Assembly (NCBI GenBank): GCA_963559095.1
Contig: CAUWJG010000008.1
Span: 1,342-65,341, forward strand
Source of the DNA: an uncultured Collinsella sp.
GTDB lineage: Bacteria > Actinomycetota > Coriobacteriia > Coriobacteriales > Coriobacteriaceae
Direction of reading: 5' to 3'
Length of the DNA: 64,000 bases
The notes below the pieces were generated by a model. The model did not search any database. It saw only the letters and a list, made by a program, of their open reading frames with translations, and was not told where the DNA came from. Position numbers and translations under genes: made by a program. This document shows, piece by piece, positions 1-11,634 of this stretch (position 1 is the first letter of the stretch; each line of letters opens with the position of its first letter).

Positions 1-68
1 AGTAGTGAACCATGCTTATACGCGCATGTGCTATACATGGTTTGCAGGGCGTTCGAAAGGTGGAGTGG

Positions 69-1901
69 ATGCACCGCAGGCAACGACAGATCATGGCGCG
101 TCTCGGCAGTGAAGATAGATGGGTCCGCGGTGCGGATTTAGCCGAGGAGCTCGGCGTGAGCTTGCGAACGGTGCAAACGGACATCCGACGTATCAACGAG
201 TGGCTTGGCGTTCCGCACATCGAGTCGAACACGCGCCTGGGATATCGCTTGTCGCCCGAGGGGAAGCGCTCCGTCATGGCGATTCAGGCGCTGGCGGATG
301 CTCCCCGGTATGGTGTTGGGCACAATCTGCTCGACGGGCAGATCATCATGATGCTGCTGTTTGAGAAAGACTGGCTGAGCACGGACGAAATCGCCCGAAG
401 GCTGTTCGTTTCACGCTCAACCGTGCATGCGCACCTGGAGGCGGTTCGCAGGATCGTCCCAAGGACGGGCAACGCGATTTTGTCGGCAGAAGCGGGCAAG
501 GGCCTGCGCATTGTGGCTGATGAGCGCGAATGCCGTCTCATGTGCATGAAGTTGCTCGAGACGAGCTTTGAGGAAAAGGTCTTTTTCGGCATCGGCGCGT
601 TTCGGGGCCTGCGCGGCGATGTCGAGGTCGTGCGTCGGTTGCTGGTGGAAGTTTTCGCCGATTGTCCGGTTTGGTACACCAGCCCCGCGTTTGCCATGCT
701 CGTCAATCTGATCATCATCTCGATTATGCGCTCGAGCTTTGGTTTTTCGCTGTCCGATGTGGATGGACGTAATCGAGATCCGTTCGTCCGTGCAATCGCG
801 GATGCCGTGTTTCAGGCATTTGGGTATCGTTTTTCAAGGGCGGAGGAGCACGAGTTGCTTTTGCAGCTGCAAAGCATGAGCTTAATGGAGCGGGCGCGCT
901 CGGTGCAATTGACGTCTGCGGCAACTGAGTGCGAGGCATGTGAGCATGTGGGGGCGTTCGCGGGCGCCGTGCGGGAGCTGGCGGGAATCGACCTGACGTT
1001 CGACGACGTGTTTGCGCGCGCATTTGAGCGCCATATCGAGCGTATGCTCAGGCGGCTTGAGTCGGGGATGATCTACCGGGGTGGCGAGACGGCTCGGGTT
1101 GTTGGCGAGCACCCGCTGTCCGTTCACCTGCTGCGCACCTGTTTGCAGCTGCCGCTGCATGCCCCCATTCCGGATGCGGAAATCGAGTACCTTGTTCCAT
1201 ATGTTTCGCATACGTTGGAGCAGGGGGCGCCAAAGTTGGCAATCCTGTTCGTCACAGATGAGAGCGCCGGTATAGCGCTTGAAATTCAGGGAACGCTTGC
1301 GCATTATGCCGAAGAGGCGGGCGCAACCGTGCAGACGATCCCCTCATACATGTTTGAGCGATATAACGAGGCGGGCGCACGGAGCTTCGACTTGATTGTG
1401 ACTACGGACCCCGCGCTGGCGCTCCAGCATGCACATGTGGTGGCGCTTGGTAACATGGCCGACCGGCGAAGTCGCGATGCGCTGCGCCAGCAGGTGCTGC
1501 GTGCCCGCGAGGATGCCGATGCGCGGACGCGCGAAGTCTTGCGCGGGCCCTTTCCCGTGTGCGAACTGCCTACGGTCATGCTCGAAGCGCTTTCCGGTGC
1601 GGATGCCGATCGCTGCGAAGACGCGCTTCGAGAGCTGTTGGGGGAGCATGGTGCGGGTGCCATCACCTCGCTCTCAATCGATGCGGTTGGCCCCTCCCAC
1701 GTGACAATCGTCGCTTGCGGTGGGCGGGCAAGCTGTGTGCAGCATGGTGCCTGCGATCCGTTTGTGTGGAAGGGGAAGCGCATCAAGGACGTGGCGCTCA
1801 TTCGCTTTGCGGCGGATGTCGAGCCCGTCAGCTTCTTCCGGTATGCGCACGATGAGCTCAGGATGCGCGCCAACACATACGAGCGTGCCGGCACGTGCTA
1901 G
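69..1901 (+). CDS. BglG/LicR/MtlR-like PTS-associated transcriptional regulator (two HTH domains, PRD-like and EIIB-like regions)
   Basis: HTH motifs LAEELGVSLRTVQTDIRRIN and IARRLFVSRSTVHAHL; PRD-like HIERMLRRL segment; sits directly upstream of a PTS gene. Start moved to ATG 69, which follows a GGAG RBS (ORF track starts at 12). Confidence 0.75.
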   Translation: MHRRQRQIMARLGSEDRWVRGADLAEELGVSLRTVQTDIRRINEWLGVPHIESNTRLGYRLSPEGKRSVMAIQALADAPRYGVGHNLLDGQIIMMLLFEKDWLSTDEIARRLFVSRSTVHAHLEAVRRIVPRTGNAILSAEAGKGLRIVADERECRLMCMKLLETSFEEKVFFGIGAFRGLRGDVEVVRRLLVEVFADCPVWYTSPAFAMLVNLIIISIMRSSFGFSLSDVDGRNRDPFVRAIADAVFQAFGYRFSRAEEHELLLQLQSMSLMERARSVQLTSAATECEACEHVGAFAGAVRELAGIDLTFDDVFARAFERHIERMLRRLESGMIYRGGETARVVGEHPLSVHLLRTCLQLPLHAPIPDAEIEYLVPYVSHTLEQGAPKLAILFVTDESAGIALEIQGTLAHYAEEAGATVQTIPSYMFERYNEAGARSFDLIVTTDPALALQHAHVVALGNMADRRSRDALRQQVLRAREDADARTREVLRGPFPVCELPTVMLEALSGADADRCEDALRELLGEHGAGAITSLSIDAVGPSHVTIVACGGRASCVQHGACDPFVWKGKRIKDVALIRFAADVEPVSFFRYAHDELRMRANTYERAGTC

Positions 1902-1938
1902 TTTGATTCGTTTCGCAAGTAACAGCGCAATGCCGAAA

Positions 1939-1969
1939 TCTTATCGCGCATAAGAAACCTTCGTATAGT
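1939..1969 (+). promoter_or_regulatory. Candidate promoter/operator of the PTS operon
   Basis: Palindrome TCTTAT-N5-ATAAGA (1939-1955) just upstream of the -10-like TATAGT (1964-1969); AAGGAGG RBS precedes ATG 2024. Confidence 0.35.
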
Positions 1970-2023
1970 GAAGATGCAGTCGCGGCCGACCTTGCAACGA
2001 CATCCAACGAAGGAGGCAATGTC

Positions 2024-3433
2024 ATGGCAAAGGACTATGCATCTCTGACCAATAGCATTCTCGAAGAGCTCGGCGGAGCGAAAAACGTATCCGGCTTGTT
2101 TCATTGCGCGACCCGCTTGCGGTTTCGCCTCAACGACAAGTCGATCGTCCGTGCAAAACAGATAGAAGCGATTCCCGGTGTCTTGGGAACGGTTGACGAC
2201 GCGGCCGGCATTCAGGTGGTGATCGGCAACGATGTGAAAAAGGCGTACGCGACGCTTATGGAGCAGCATCCCGAGATGGCCGAGCTGTCGGGCGGCGCGG
2301 TTGAGGACGATGGCTGGGAGCCCGAGCGCACCAACATCGTGAAGCGCCTGCTCAATATGCTGTCGGCCGTGGTGGGGCCGGTGATTCCGCTCATCATGTG
2401 CTCCGGCCTGGTTTCCGCGCTGCTGGTGATTCTGACGACCTGGGGTGGCCTGAGCCCCGAGAGCTCGACCTACACGCTGCTCAACATGGTCGGTACGGGC
2501 GCCTTGTATTTCCTGCCGGTCTTTGTCGCCTATACATCGGCAAAGCGCTTCGGTTGCGACATCATGACGAGCCTGTTTTTGGGCGCGCTGCTGATCAGCC
2601 CTACCTTGATCGGCATGGTGGAGGCGGGCTCGTTCGTCGATTTGTTCGGCCTGCCCGTCAAGACGGGGGATTACACCTCGACCCTGATTCCGGCGATTTT
2701 GACCATCTGGGTGTATTCACATGTGGAGAAGCTGGTTGACCGCATCGTGCCGGACGCGGTGAAGTTCGTGTTCCGCCCGTTGCTGGGTTTGGCGATCATG
2801 CTGCCCGTGATGCTGTGCGTTACCGCGCCCTTGGGCAACTACGTGGGTGGCCTGCTCAACAGCGCCATGACGGCGATCAACGATGTCGCGCCGTGGGCGA
2901 GCGTGCTGGTCGTTGGCTGCCTGGCGCCGCTGCTGGTGTTGACCGGCATGCACCTGGCGCTCATCCCGCTGGTCATGACGTCGTTTGCCACGGTAGGCTA
3001 CGACAACATGCTGTTCGTGGCATTCATCGGCATGAACTTCTCCCAGTTCGGCGTGGCCCTTGCCTGCTTCTTGAAGTCCAAGAACGCCAACCTCAAGGCG
3101 CTCTCCCTGTCCTGTGCGATCACGGCGTTCTTTGCCGGTGTGACTGAGCCTGCGCTGTACGGCATCTCCGTGCGCATGAAGCGCCCGCTGGTCGCAACCT
3201 GGTTGGCGTGTGTCGCAAATGCCGTGTTTTGCGCTATCTGCAGCGTTAAGGTGTTCCAGTTCGGTGCGCCGTCGTTCTTCACGATGCCGATTTTCCTGAA
3301 CCCCGACGGTACGATGGGCAATTTCTACTTTGCCATTGCCGCCGCGGCGATTTCCATCATCGTTGCATTTGTCGCAACGTGGGCGCTGGGCTTTGACGAC
3401 AGCGTGTATGGTGAGCAGAAGGCGGCGGCATAG
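2024..3433 (+). CDS. PTS beta-glucoside family transporter EIIBC (no fused EIIA)
   Basis: EIIB motif HCATRLRF, QVVIG, hydrophobic EIIC with GMH and GVTEPALYG. Confidence 0.9.
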   Translation: MAKDYASLTNSILEELGGAKNVSGLFHCATRLRFRLNDKSIVRAKQIEAIPGVLGTVDDAAGIQVVIGNDVKKAYATLMEQHPEMAELSGGAVEDDGWEPERTNIVKRLLNMLSAVVGPVIPLIMCSGLVSALLVILTTWGGLSPESSTYTLLNMVGTGALYFLPVFVAYTSAKRFGCDIMTSLFLGALLISPTLIGMVEAGSFVDLFGLPVKTGDYTSTLIPAILTIWVYSHVEKLVDRIVPDAVKFVFRPLLGLAIMLPVMLCVTAPLGNYVGGLLNSAMTAINDVAPWASVLVVGCLAPLLVLTGMHLALIPLVMTSFATVGYDNMLFVAFIGMNFSQFGVALACFLKSKNANLKALSLSCAITAFFAGVTEPALYGISVRMKRPLVATWLACVANAVFCAICSVKVFQFGAPSFFTMPIFLNPDGTMGNFYFAIAAAAISIIVAFVATWALGFDDSVYGEQKAAA

Positions 3434-3486
3434 CCGATAGTCTGACTTTGGTTGAGTGGTTCGGGACTTGCGGGAGGCGAGCGGGC

Positions 3487-5854
<2,368 letters not shown>

Positions 5855-5860
5855 CAGGTT

Positions 5861-5924
5861 GGTGACGGGGCCATTTCGTATATGCGCTGGTAAACGGCGG
5901 ATATACGAAGCGACCCCCGTCCCC
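5861..5924. repeat. REP-like imperfect inverted repeat
   Basis: Outer arms GGTGACGGGG / CCCCGTCCCC, inner arms TTCGTATAT / ATATACGAA; TTGGTGACGGGG recurs at about 5982. Confidence 0.5.
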
Positions 5925-6412
5925 GTTTTGACGTTGCGCTGAAACCCGATGCTCGGCTCCCCACATAACGCAATGGGCAATTTGGTGACGGGGGACAGAG
6001 CGCGCACCCGCCGCACGGCGGCAGTGGGGCATGAAATGCGGCCGTCGCGAACGAGCGAGCGCAACCCAAATCAAATAGGGTCTTTATAGCAATCTACCTG
6101 CAATCATAGTATGAATTGGTACAACGTTGCCTTGCACACGAAGGAGCTAGCATAAAAGCGACACGTGTACGCTGAAAAATTAAATTAACCTTTCACGGGC
6201 GTGGGTATACCGTTGGGCGGGAACGTCCCATTTGCATCGATGCGCCTCACATAAAATTACGGAATTGCTTTCGTGTGTTTATTCGCCGACCGATTCGTCG
6301 TGCGGATGACGGGTCGTGATGTGGCTTCGACCAAGCGGGGGCGATACGAGTCCGTCCGCCTTGCATGTGCAGGTGGCCCGCCGGGGGGGCGGGGACGTTG
6401 GAGAGGAGCTGT

Positions 6413-9400
6413 ATGCAGCGTGGGAAGGGATTAAAGCGTCTGCTCACAAGCTTTTGTGCCGTCGTTATGGCGGCAAGCGTGTTGTTGGGACCCACGGGTT
6501 CTGCTTTAGCCGCGCCTTCGGTGGCTAAGCAGACCGTGGGTCATTTAGTTTCAGGCGCTGGCAACGGAAACGACCACTTCGGCGACGGCAAGCCGGAGGC
6601 GTTTGTCCTGAGCGATGCCACCCAGGGCGATAAGTCCATGGGGGCGGATTTCACGCTCATGGGCAAGCCCGCCGATTCACGCGTGCGTTTCGTTGCGAAG
6701 TATGTTGACGACAACAACTGGGCCTACGTCGGGTATGACGCGGGCAACAGCTGGTTCATCGAGTGGAAGAACAACGGTCAGTCCTCCTATACCTCGCTAA
6801 GCGGCCTGCCGAGCATCGGTACGGGCCAGACCGCCAGCGTGCTGGTCTCGCACGAGGGCGACCGCATCGATGTGACCGTCGAGGGCAAGAAGGCCTCGGG
6901 CACCAGCGCCGATTTCGCCGCCGTGATGAAGAAGGACGGCAAGGTCGGTATAGGGGCGGGCACCTTCAACAGCCAGACCACCGACCTCACCTTCCGCAAC
7001 GTCCGCATGGGCGATACCGTGGTGAATGACTTCTCCAAGTGGACGCTCCACCGCGAGCAGGCCGAGGGCCAGAAATGGACGCCTGCCGAGGAGGTCACGC
7101 TCGGCCGCAAGTGGATCCAGATCACCGGCGGTTCGCATAACGGCGGTGGCCACGAGTATGGTGACGCGAGCAAGTCCGCCCCGGCGGCGCTGCTCAACAA
7201 CACCACCAAGGTGACTGCCGGGCAGCCGGTCGAGCTGGCGATCGCCCCCATGACCGACGACATCAACTTCGGCGCGTTCTACACCTATGTGGATAACGAC
7301 AACTGGTTCTACTACGGCTACGACAAGAGCAGCGGTTGGTACTGCCAGTGGGAGGTCAACGGCAGCGGCTCGTACACCTCGTTTGAGGGCGTCTTGCCCA
7401 CGCCCGTGAAGGGCGAGGAGCTCAAGCTCTCCATGAACGTGAGCAACGAGAACGTGAGTCTCACGGTGGGCGACCGCAACACCTCGAAGCCGCTCCAGCA
7501 GGTGGGCGACTTCGTCAAGGCCCAAAACGGCAAGGGCAAGATGGGCGTGAAGGTCAACCAGCAAAGCTCCCTCAAGTTCGCCGATGTGACCATCGAGAAC
7601 AAAGACGTGATGGAGGAAACCTGGGGCTGGGCGGCCGAGCGCGAGGGCCAGCAGATGAGCGTGAGCTACGTGAACCTCGCGTCCGTGAGCGGCACCGTGA
7701 AAAACGAGCAGAGCGCCCCGATTGCCGGCGCGACCGTTCGCGTTGGCACGAAGACCGCCAAGACCGATGACAAGGGCGCTTACAAGCTGGACAAGATCGA
7801 GGTCGGCACCAAGAACGTGACGGTTATCGCCGCCGGATATGAGGCGGCCAAGAGCGAGGTCAACATCCAGAACCTTGGGGATAAGGGCAACGTCGTCGAT
7901 TTCTCGCTCAAGAAGAAGGCCGAGATCGACCTGTCCAAATACAAGGCCATCGAGTCCTCCAAGATGAAGGTCTACGTTTCCGATGCGTTCCCGCAGCCGG
8001 TGCGCTATGAGCTGAAGGAAGGCGCGAACAAGGGCAAGTTCTTCCGCGGCCAGGAAACTGCGACGAAGGAGCTGCTTGTCAATGGCCAGAAGGTCACGCC
8101 CCAGGTGAAGTGCACCCTTGCGGGCGACACGGCGACCTATGTGCTCGACATCAACCCCGTCGAGGGCATGAACGTCGACGCGAACGTGACCGTCGAGCTC
8201 AAGGTTGAGGGCACCACCCTGGCGTGGAAGGTGACCAAGATCGAAAAGGCCGCCAACAGCGGCGCCATCGAGTCGATCGACCTGTCCCAGATGAACCTGC
8301 TGACCCTCGATATGGTCGACGGCGGTCAGGGTTTCGCGGGTGCTCAGCTGTCCACCAAGGTCGCCGAGTCCGGCGATCGGTTCTACAGCTTCGACGGCAC
8401 CTTCAACCCGGACTCCACCGAGGGCTTCATGTACGCCATCTTGAGCAGCAAAGACCTGTCTGCCGGCATCTTCTCCAATTCCGAGAAGGAGCAGGATAGG
8501 CGCATCACGCTCAACAGCGGCCTGGACACCATGGGCCTTGCCAGCTCCGTGTGGTATTACGAGCACGGTGACGTCGAAGCGCGGAAGTACGTCGCCTCCC
8601 ATGACGACGTGCAACTGCCCACGAGCGAGCTGCCGTGGGTGAAGGTCGCCATTTCCGAGGGCGACACCAACAACGACAAGGTCATCGACTGGAACGACGG
8701 CGCCAACGCCATCCGGCCGAGCCTGAACGTGCCCCAGGGCTCCGAGGACATCAAGGACCTCGTGGCCTACCGCATCGTCATGAACTTCGGCTCCGAGGTG
8801 ACCAACCCCTACGCGCAGACCGCCGACAACCTCAAGAAGGTCGCGTTGATCACCGATGGCCTGCCCCAGGCGTTGCTGCTGAAGGGTTATGGCAACGAGG
8901 GTCACGACTCTGCCAACTCCGAGTACGCCGACATTTCCTCCAAGGAAGGCGGCGTTAAGGATTTCCGCGAACTGATTAAGATCGCGCACCAGTACAACAC
9001 CGAGGTCGGCATCCATGTGAACGCGCAGGAGGCTTACCCTGAGTCCAAGTCCTTCAACGAGCGCATGATTCAGGGCCAGGGCAAGGGTTGGGGCTGGATG
9101 GACCAGTCCATCGGCATCGACAAGCTGTGGGACTTGGGTTCCAATGCCCGCTGGGGCCGTATGGTGCAGCTCTATGACCGCATCAATGGCACCGATTTTG
9201 CGAAGAAGGATTTTGGGAAGGGCGAGTACATCGGCGATCCCGCCCAGACGGGCGCCAAGGTGGCCGGCCCCGATGAGCTGCGCGCCGATGCGGCCAAACG
9301 CGCCGACAACATGGACTTTATCTACCTTGACGTGTGGTATGAGGACGCCTGGGAGACCCGTCGTATCGCCGAGCAGTTCAACACGCTCGGATGGCGTTTC

Positions 9401-11485
9401 TCCACCGAGTTCCCGTATGAGGGCGAGTACAACTCCACCTGGAGCCACTGGGCGACCGAGGTGGGCTACGGCGGCGACCACACGAAGGGCATCAATTCCG
9501 ACATCGTGCGCTTCCTGCGCAACGATCAGCGCGACATCTCGCCCAACAACGGTCCTTCCGTTAGCGGCGCGATGGATAACCCGCTGCTGGGTGGCTGGAA
9601 CGAGGAAGGTTTTGAGGGTTGGGGCAAGGAGAACGACTTCAACGCCTACGTGAACATGACGTTCACCGAGAACCTCCCCACGCGCTTCCTGCAGCATTAC
9701 CAGGTTGTCGATTGGGACGTCTACTCCGACGCCGAGGGCGATGTGTCCCCGGTGGGCAATCATGAGAAGAAGATCGTCCTCAAGAACAAGGACGGCGAGA
9801 CGGTTGAGGTGACGCGCAAGACCGCGCAGCGCGCCGACGACGTGTGCGAGCGCGTGATCACCTTGAACGGCAAGAAGGTTCTCGAGGACGGCGCTTACCT
9901 GCTGCCCTGGGAGCAGGATGGCGAGCAGAAGCTCTACCACTACAACGTGGATGGCGGCTCGACCAGCTGGGATCTGCCGGCTGCGTTCAACGGCGGCGTG
10001 CTGTACAAGCTCACCGATCAGGGGCGCGTCAAAGTGGGCAACGTCTCCGGCGCAACCGTGACGATTCAGGCTGAGGCCAAGACGCCCTACGTGATTGTGA
10101 AGGGTGATTCCGCCGTCAAGTCTGCCGACGAGATGAACTTCGGCGAGGGAACCGGTGTGGTCGATCCCGGCTTCAACTCCTATGCCGAGGGCGACAAACT
10201 CGACGCCAAGGTGTGGTCCGGCGATATCGAGGACGCGGCCGTGTCCGTGAAGCATGCGGCCACCGGCGACCAGCGTCTCACCATCGCCGATCCTGCCAAG
10301 GACGTTGCGGTGACCACGCAGCTTTCCGGCCTTGAGCCGGGCAAGACCTACGTGGCCGAGCTCTATATCGCCAATGAGAGCGATGCGGCAACGACGGTCT
10401 CCATCGTTTCCGGTCAAAACAAGGCCGCCCGCTCCATGACGCGCTCGGTGTCTCAGAACTACACCGCGAGCGATCAGCGCCATACGAGCGAATCGAACGT
10501 GTCCTACATGACGCGCATGTACGTGAAGTTCACGGCGGACGCCAAGACGGCCGACCTCACCATCAGCCGAGCTGCCGGTGCGGGTGCGACCTATGTGGAC
10601 AACATCCGCTTCGTTGAGAACGACGCGTTCCCAGTTCAGGACAAGCAGGGTAACTACGTGCAGGATTTCGAGCATGCGGTATCGGGTCTGTACCCGTTCG
10701 TGATCGGACCCACCGCTGTGGGTGGCGATGCAGTCGCGCACCTTTCTGAGCGCAACGGCGTGTTCACGCAGACCGGCTGGCGCAACAAGGAGGTCGACGA
10801 CGCGATCGATGGCAACTGGTCGCTCAAGTACCATGACGGCCGAAAGGGTCTGCTGTATCAGACCACGCCGCAGACCATCACGTTCGAGCCGGGCAAGAAG
10901 TATACGGTCGAGTTTGATTATCAGGCGGGGTCGGCGGCCACGGGTTACCAGATGGTCGTGGGTGATGGCGAGAACAACTTTACGACGCCGACCGAGTTTT
11001 TGCCCGTCACCTTTGCGGATGGCAAGCAGACGACCGGCCATATCAAGATGGAGGTCACGGGTGCCGAGGACGGCAAGACCTGGATCGGTCTGTATTCCGC
11101 TGGCAACAAGGGAGACACCTCGATCGGTTCCGGCGACTTCGTGCTGGACAACTTCAAGGTGACGGCCGCCGATAGCGGCGAGGGTCCCGGCGGCGGCGAT
11201 GGCGGCGACCATGGCGGGAACGGCGGCGACAACCAGGGCGGCAACGGCGAGAACCAAGGCGGTAACGGCGAGAACCAGGGCGGCAACGGCGGCCAAAACG
11301 GTGGCGACAACCAGAATGGCAACGCCGGCAACCAGGGTTCGACGTCTCCGCAGAAGCCGAGCAAGCCCCAGGGCGGCCTGCCCCAAACCGGGGACAACGC
11401 GCTGCTTCCCATCGTCGGCGTGGTCGGCGTCGGCGTGGTGCTGATCGCCGGCGGCATCATCGTCGCTCGTATGCGGCGCAAGTAG
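6413..11485 (+). CDS. Cell-wall-anchored endo-alpha-N-acetylgalactosaminidase (GH101)
   Basis: Signal peptide (..GSALA-AP); GH101 motifs DWNDGA, LLKGYGNEGHDS, GIHVNAQE, FIYLDVW; G/N-rich linker; LPQTG sortase motif followed by a TM helix and RMRRK tail. Start at ATG 6413 after AGGAG. Confidence 0.9.
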   Translation: MQRGKGLKRLLTSFCAVVMAASVLLGPTGSALAAPSVAKQTVGHLVSGAGNGNDHFGDGKPEAFVLSDATQGDKSMGADFTLMGKPADSRVRFVAKYVDDNNWAYVGYDAGNSWFIEWKNNGQSSYTSLSGLPSIGTGQTASVLVSHEGDRIDVTVEGKKASGTSADFAAVMKKDGKVGIGAGTFNSQTTDLTFRNVRMGDTVVNDFSKWTLHREQAEGQKWTPAEEVTLGRKWIQITGGSHNGGGHEYGDASKSAPAALLNNTTKVTAGQPVELAIAPMTDDINFGAFYTYVDNDNWFYYGYDKSSGWYCQWEVNGSGSYTSFEGVLPTPVKGEELKLSMNVSNENVSLTVGDRNTSKPLQQVGDFVKAQNGKGKMGVKVNQQSSLKFADVTIENKDVMEETWGWAAEREGQQMSVSYVNLASVSGTVKNEQSAPIAGATVRVGTKTAKTDDKGAYKLDKIEVGTKNVTVIAAGYEAAKSEVNIQNLGDKGNVVDFSLKKKAEIDLSKYKAIESSKMKVYVSDAFPQPVRYELKEGANKGKFFRGQETATKELLVNGQKVTPQVKCTLAGDTATYVLDINPVEGMNVDANVTVELKVEGTTLAWKVTKIEKAANSGAIESIDLSQMNLLTLDMVDGGQGFAGAQLSTKVAESGDRFYSFDGTFNPDSTEGFMYAILSSKDLSAGIFSNSEKEQDRRITLNSGLDTMGLASSVWYYEHGDVEARKYVASHDDVQLPTSELPWVKVAISEGDTNNDKVIDWNDGANAIRPSLNVPQGSEDIKDLVAYRIVMNFGSEVTNPYAQTADNLKKVALITDGLPQALLLKGYGNEGHDSANSEYADISSKEGGVKDFRELIKIAHQYNTEVGIHVNAQEAYPESKSFNERMIQGQGKGWGWMDQSIGIDKLWDLGSNARWGRMVQLYDRINGTDFAKKDFGKGEYIGDPAQTGAKVAGPDELRADAAKRADNMDFIYLDVWYEDAWETRRIAEQFNTLGWRFSTEFPYEGEYNSTWSHWATEVGYGGDHTKGINSDIVRFLRNDQRDISPNNGPSVSGAMDNPLLGGWNEEGFEGWGKENDFNAYVNMTFTENLPTRFLQHYQVVDWDVYSDAEGDVSPVGNHEKKIVLKNKDGETVEVTRKTAQRADDVCERVITLNGKKVLEDGAYLLPWEQDGEQKLYHYNVDGGSTSWDLPAAFNGGVLYKLTDQGRVKVGNVSGATVTIQAEAKTPYVIVKGDSAVKSADEMNFGEGTGVVDPGFNSYAEGDKLDAKVWSGDIEDAAVSVKHAATGDQRLTIADPAKDVAVTTQLSGLEPGKTYVAELYIANESDAATTVSIVSGQNKAARSMTRSVSQNYTASDQRHTSESNVSYMTRMYVKFTADAKTADLTISRAAGAGATYVDNIRFVENDAFPVQDKQGNYVQDFEHAVSGLYPFVIGPTAVGGDAVAHLSERNGVFTQTGWRNKEVDDAIDGNWSLKYHDGRKGLLYQTTPQTITFEPGKKYTVEFDYQAGSAATGYQMVVGDGENNFTTPTEFLPVTFADGKQTTGHIKMEVTGAEDGKTWIGLYSAGNKGDTSIGSGDFVLDNFKVTAADSGEGPGGGDGGDHGGNGGDNQGGNGENQGGNGENQGGNGGQNGGDNQNGNAGNQGSTSPQKPSKPQGGLPQTGDNALLPIVGVVGVGVVLIAGGIIVARMRRK
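11215..11335 (+). repeat. 21-bp coding tandem repeat (GGNG[E/G]NQ linker) in the GH101 C-terminus
   Basis: Repeated GGCGG(C/T)AACGGCGAGAACCA(A/G) units; the protein shows GGNGENQ repeats. Confidence 0.7.
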
Positions 11486-11545
11486 GGGCATACGGGGCGG
11501 CCGACCCGCGTGGCCGCCCGCACCATGTTCGCGCTCCGCGACGAC

Positions 11546-11584
11546 AAAGACCCTCGCAGCTCATAGGGGCTGCGAGGGTCTTTT
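11546..11584. terminator. Bidirectional intrinsic terminator
   Basis: AAAGACCCTCGCAGC-loop-GCTGCGAGGGTCTTTT between convergent genes. Confidence 0.8.
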
Positions 11585-11634
11585 GCACGAGTGCGGGGGA
11601 TGGCCGCTCGGGCCGCTATCGCACGATTGGCTCA

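Noticed and set aside
6100-6240. LacI/cre-like sites upstream of GH101 (CAACGTTG, GGGAACGTCCC)
   Set aside because: The palindromes are too short to distinguish from chance without comparative data.
6797-11491. 1564-aa minus-strand ORF
   Set aside because: Antisense shadow of the GH101 gene caused by high-GC codon bias; no recognisable motifs.
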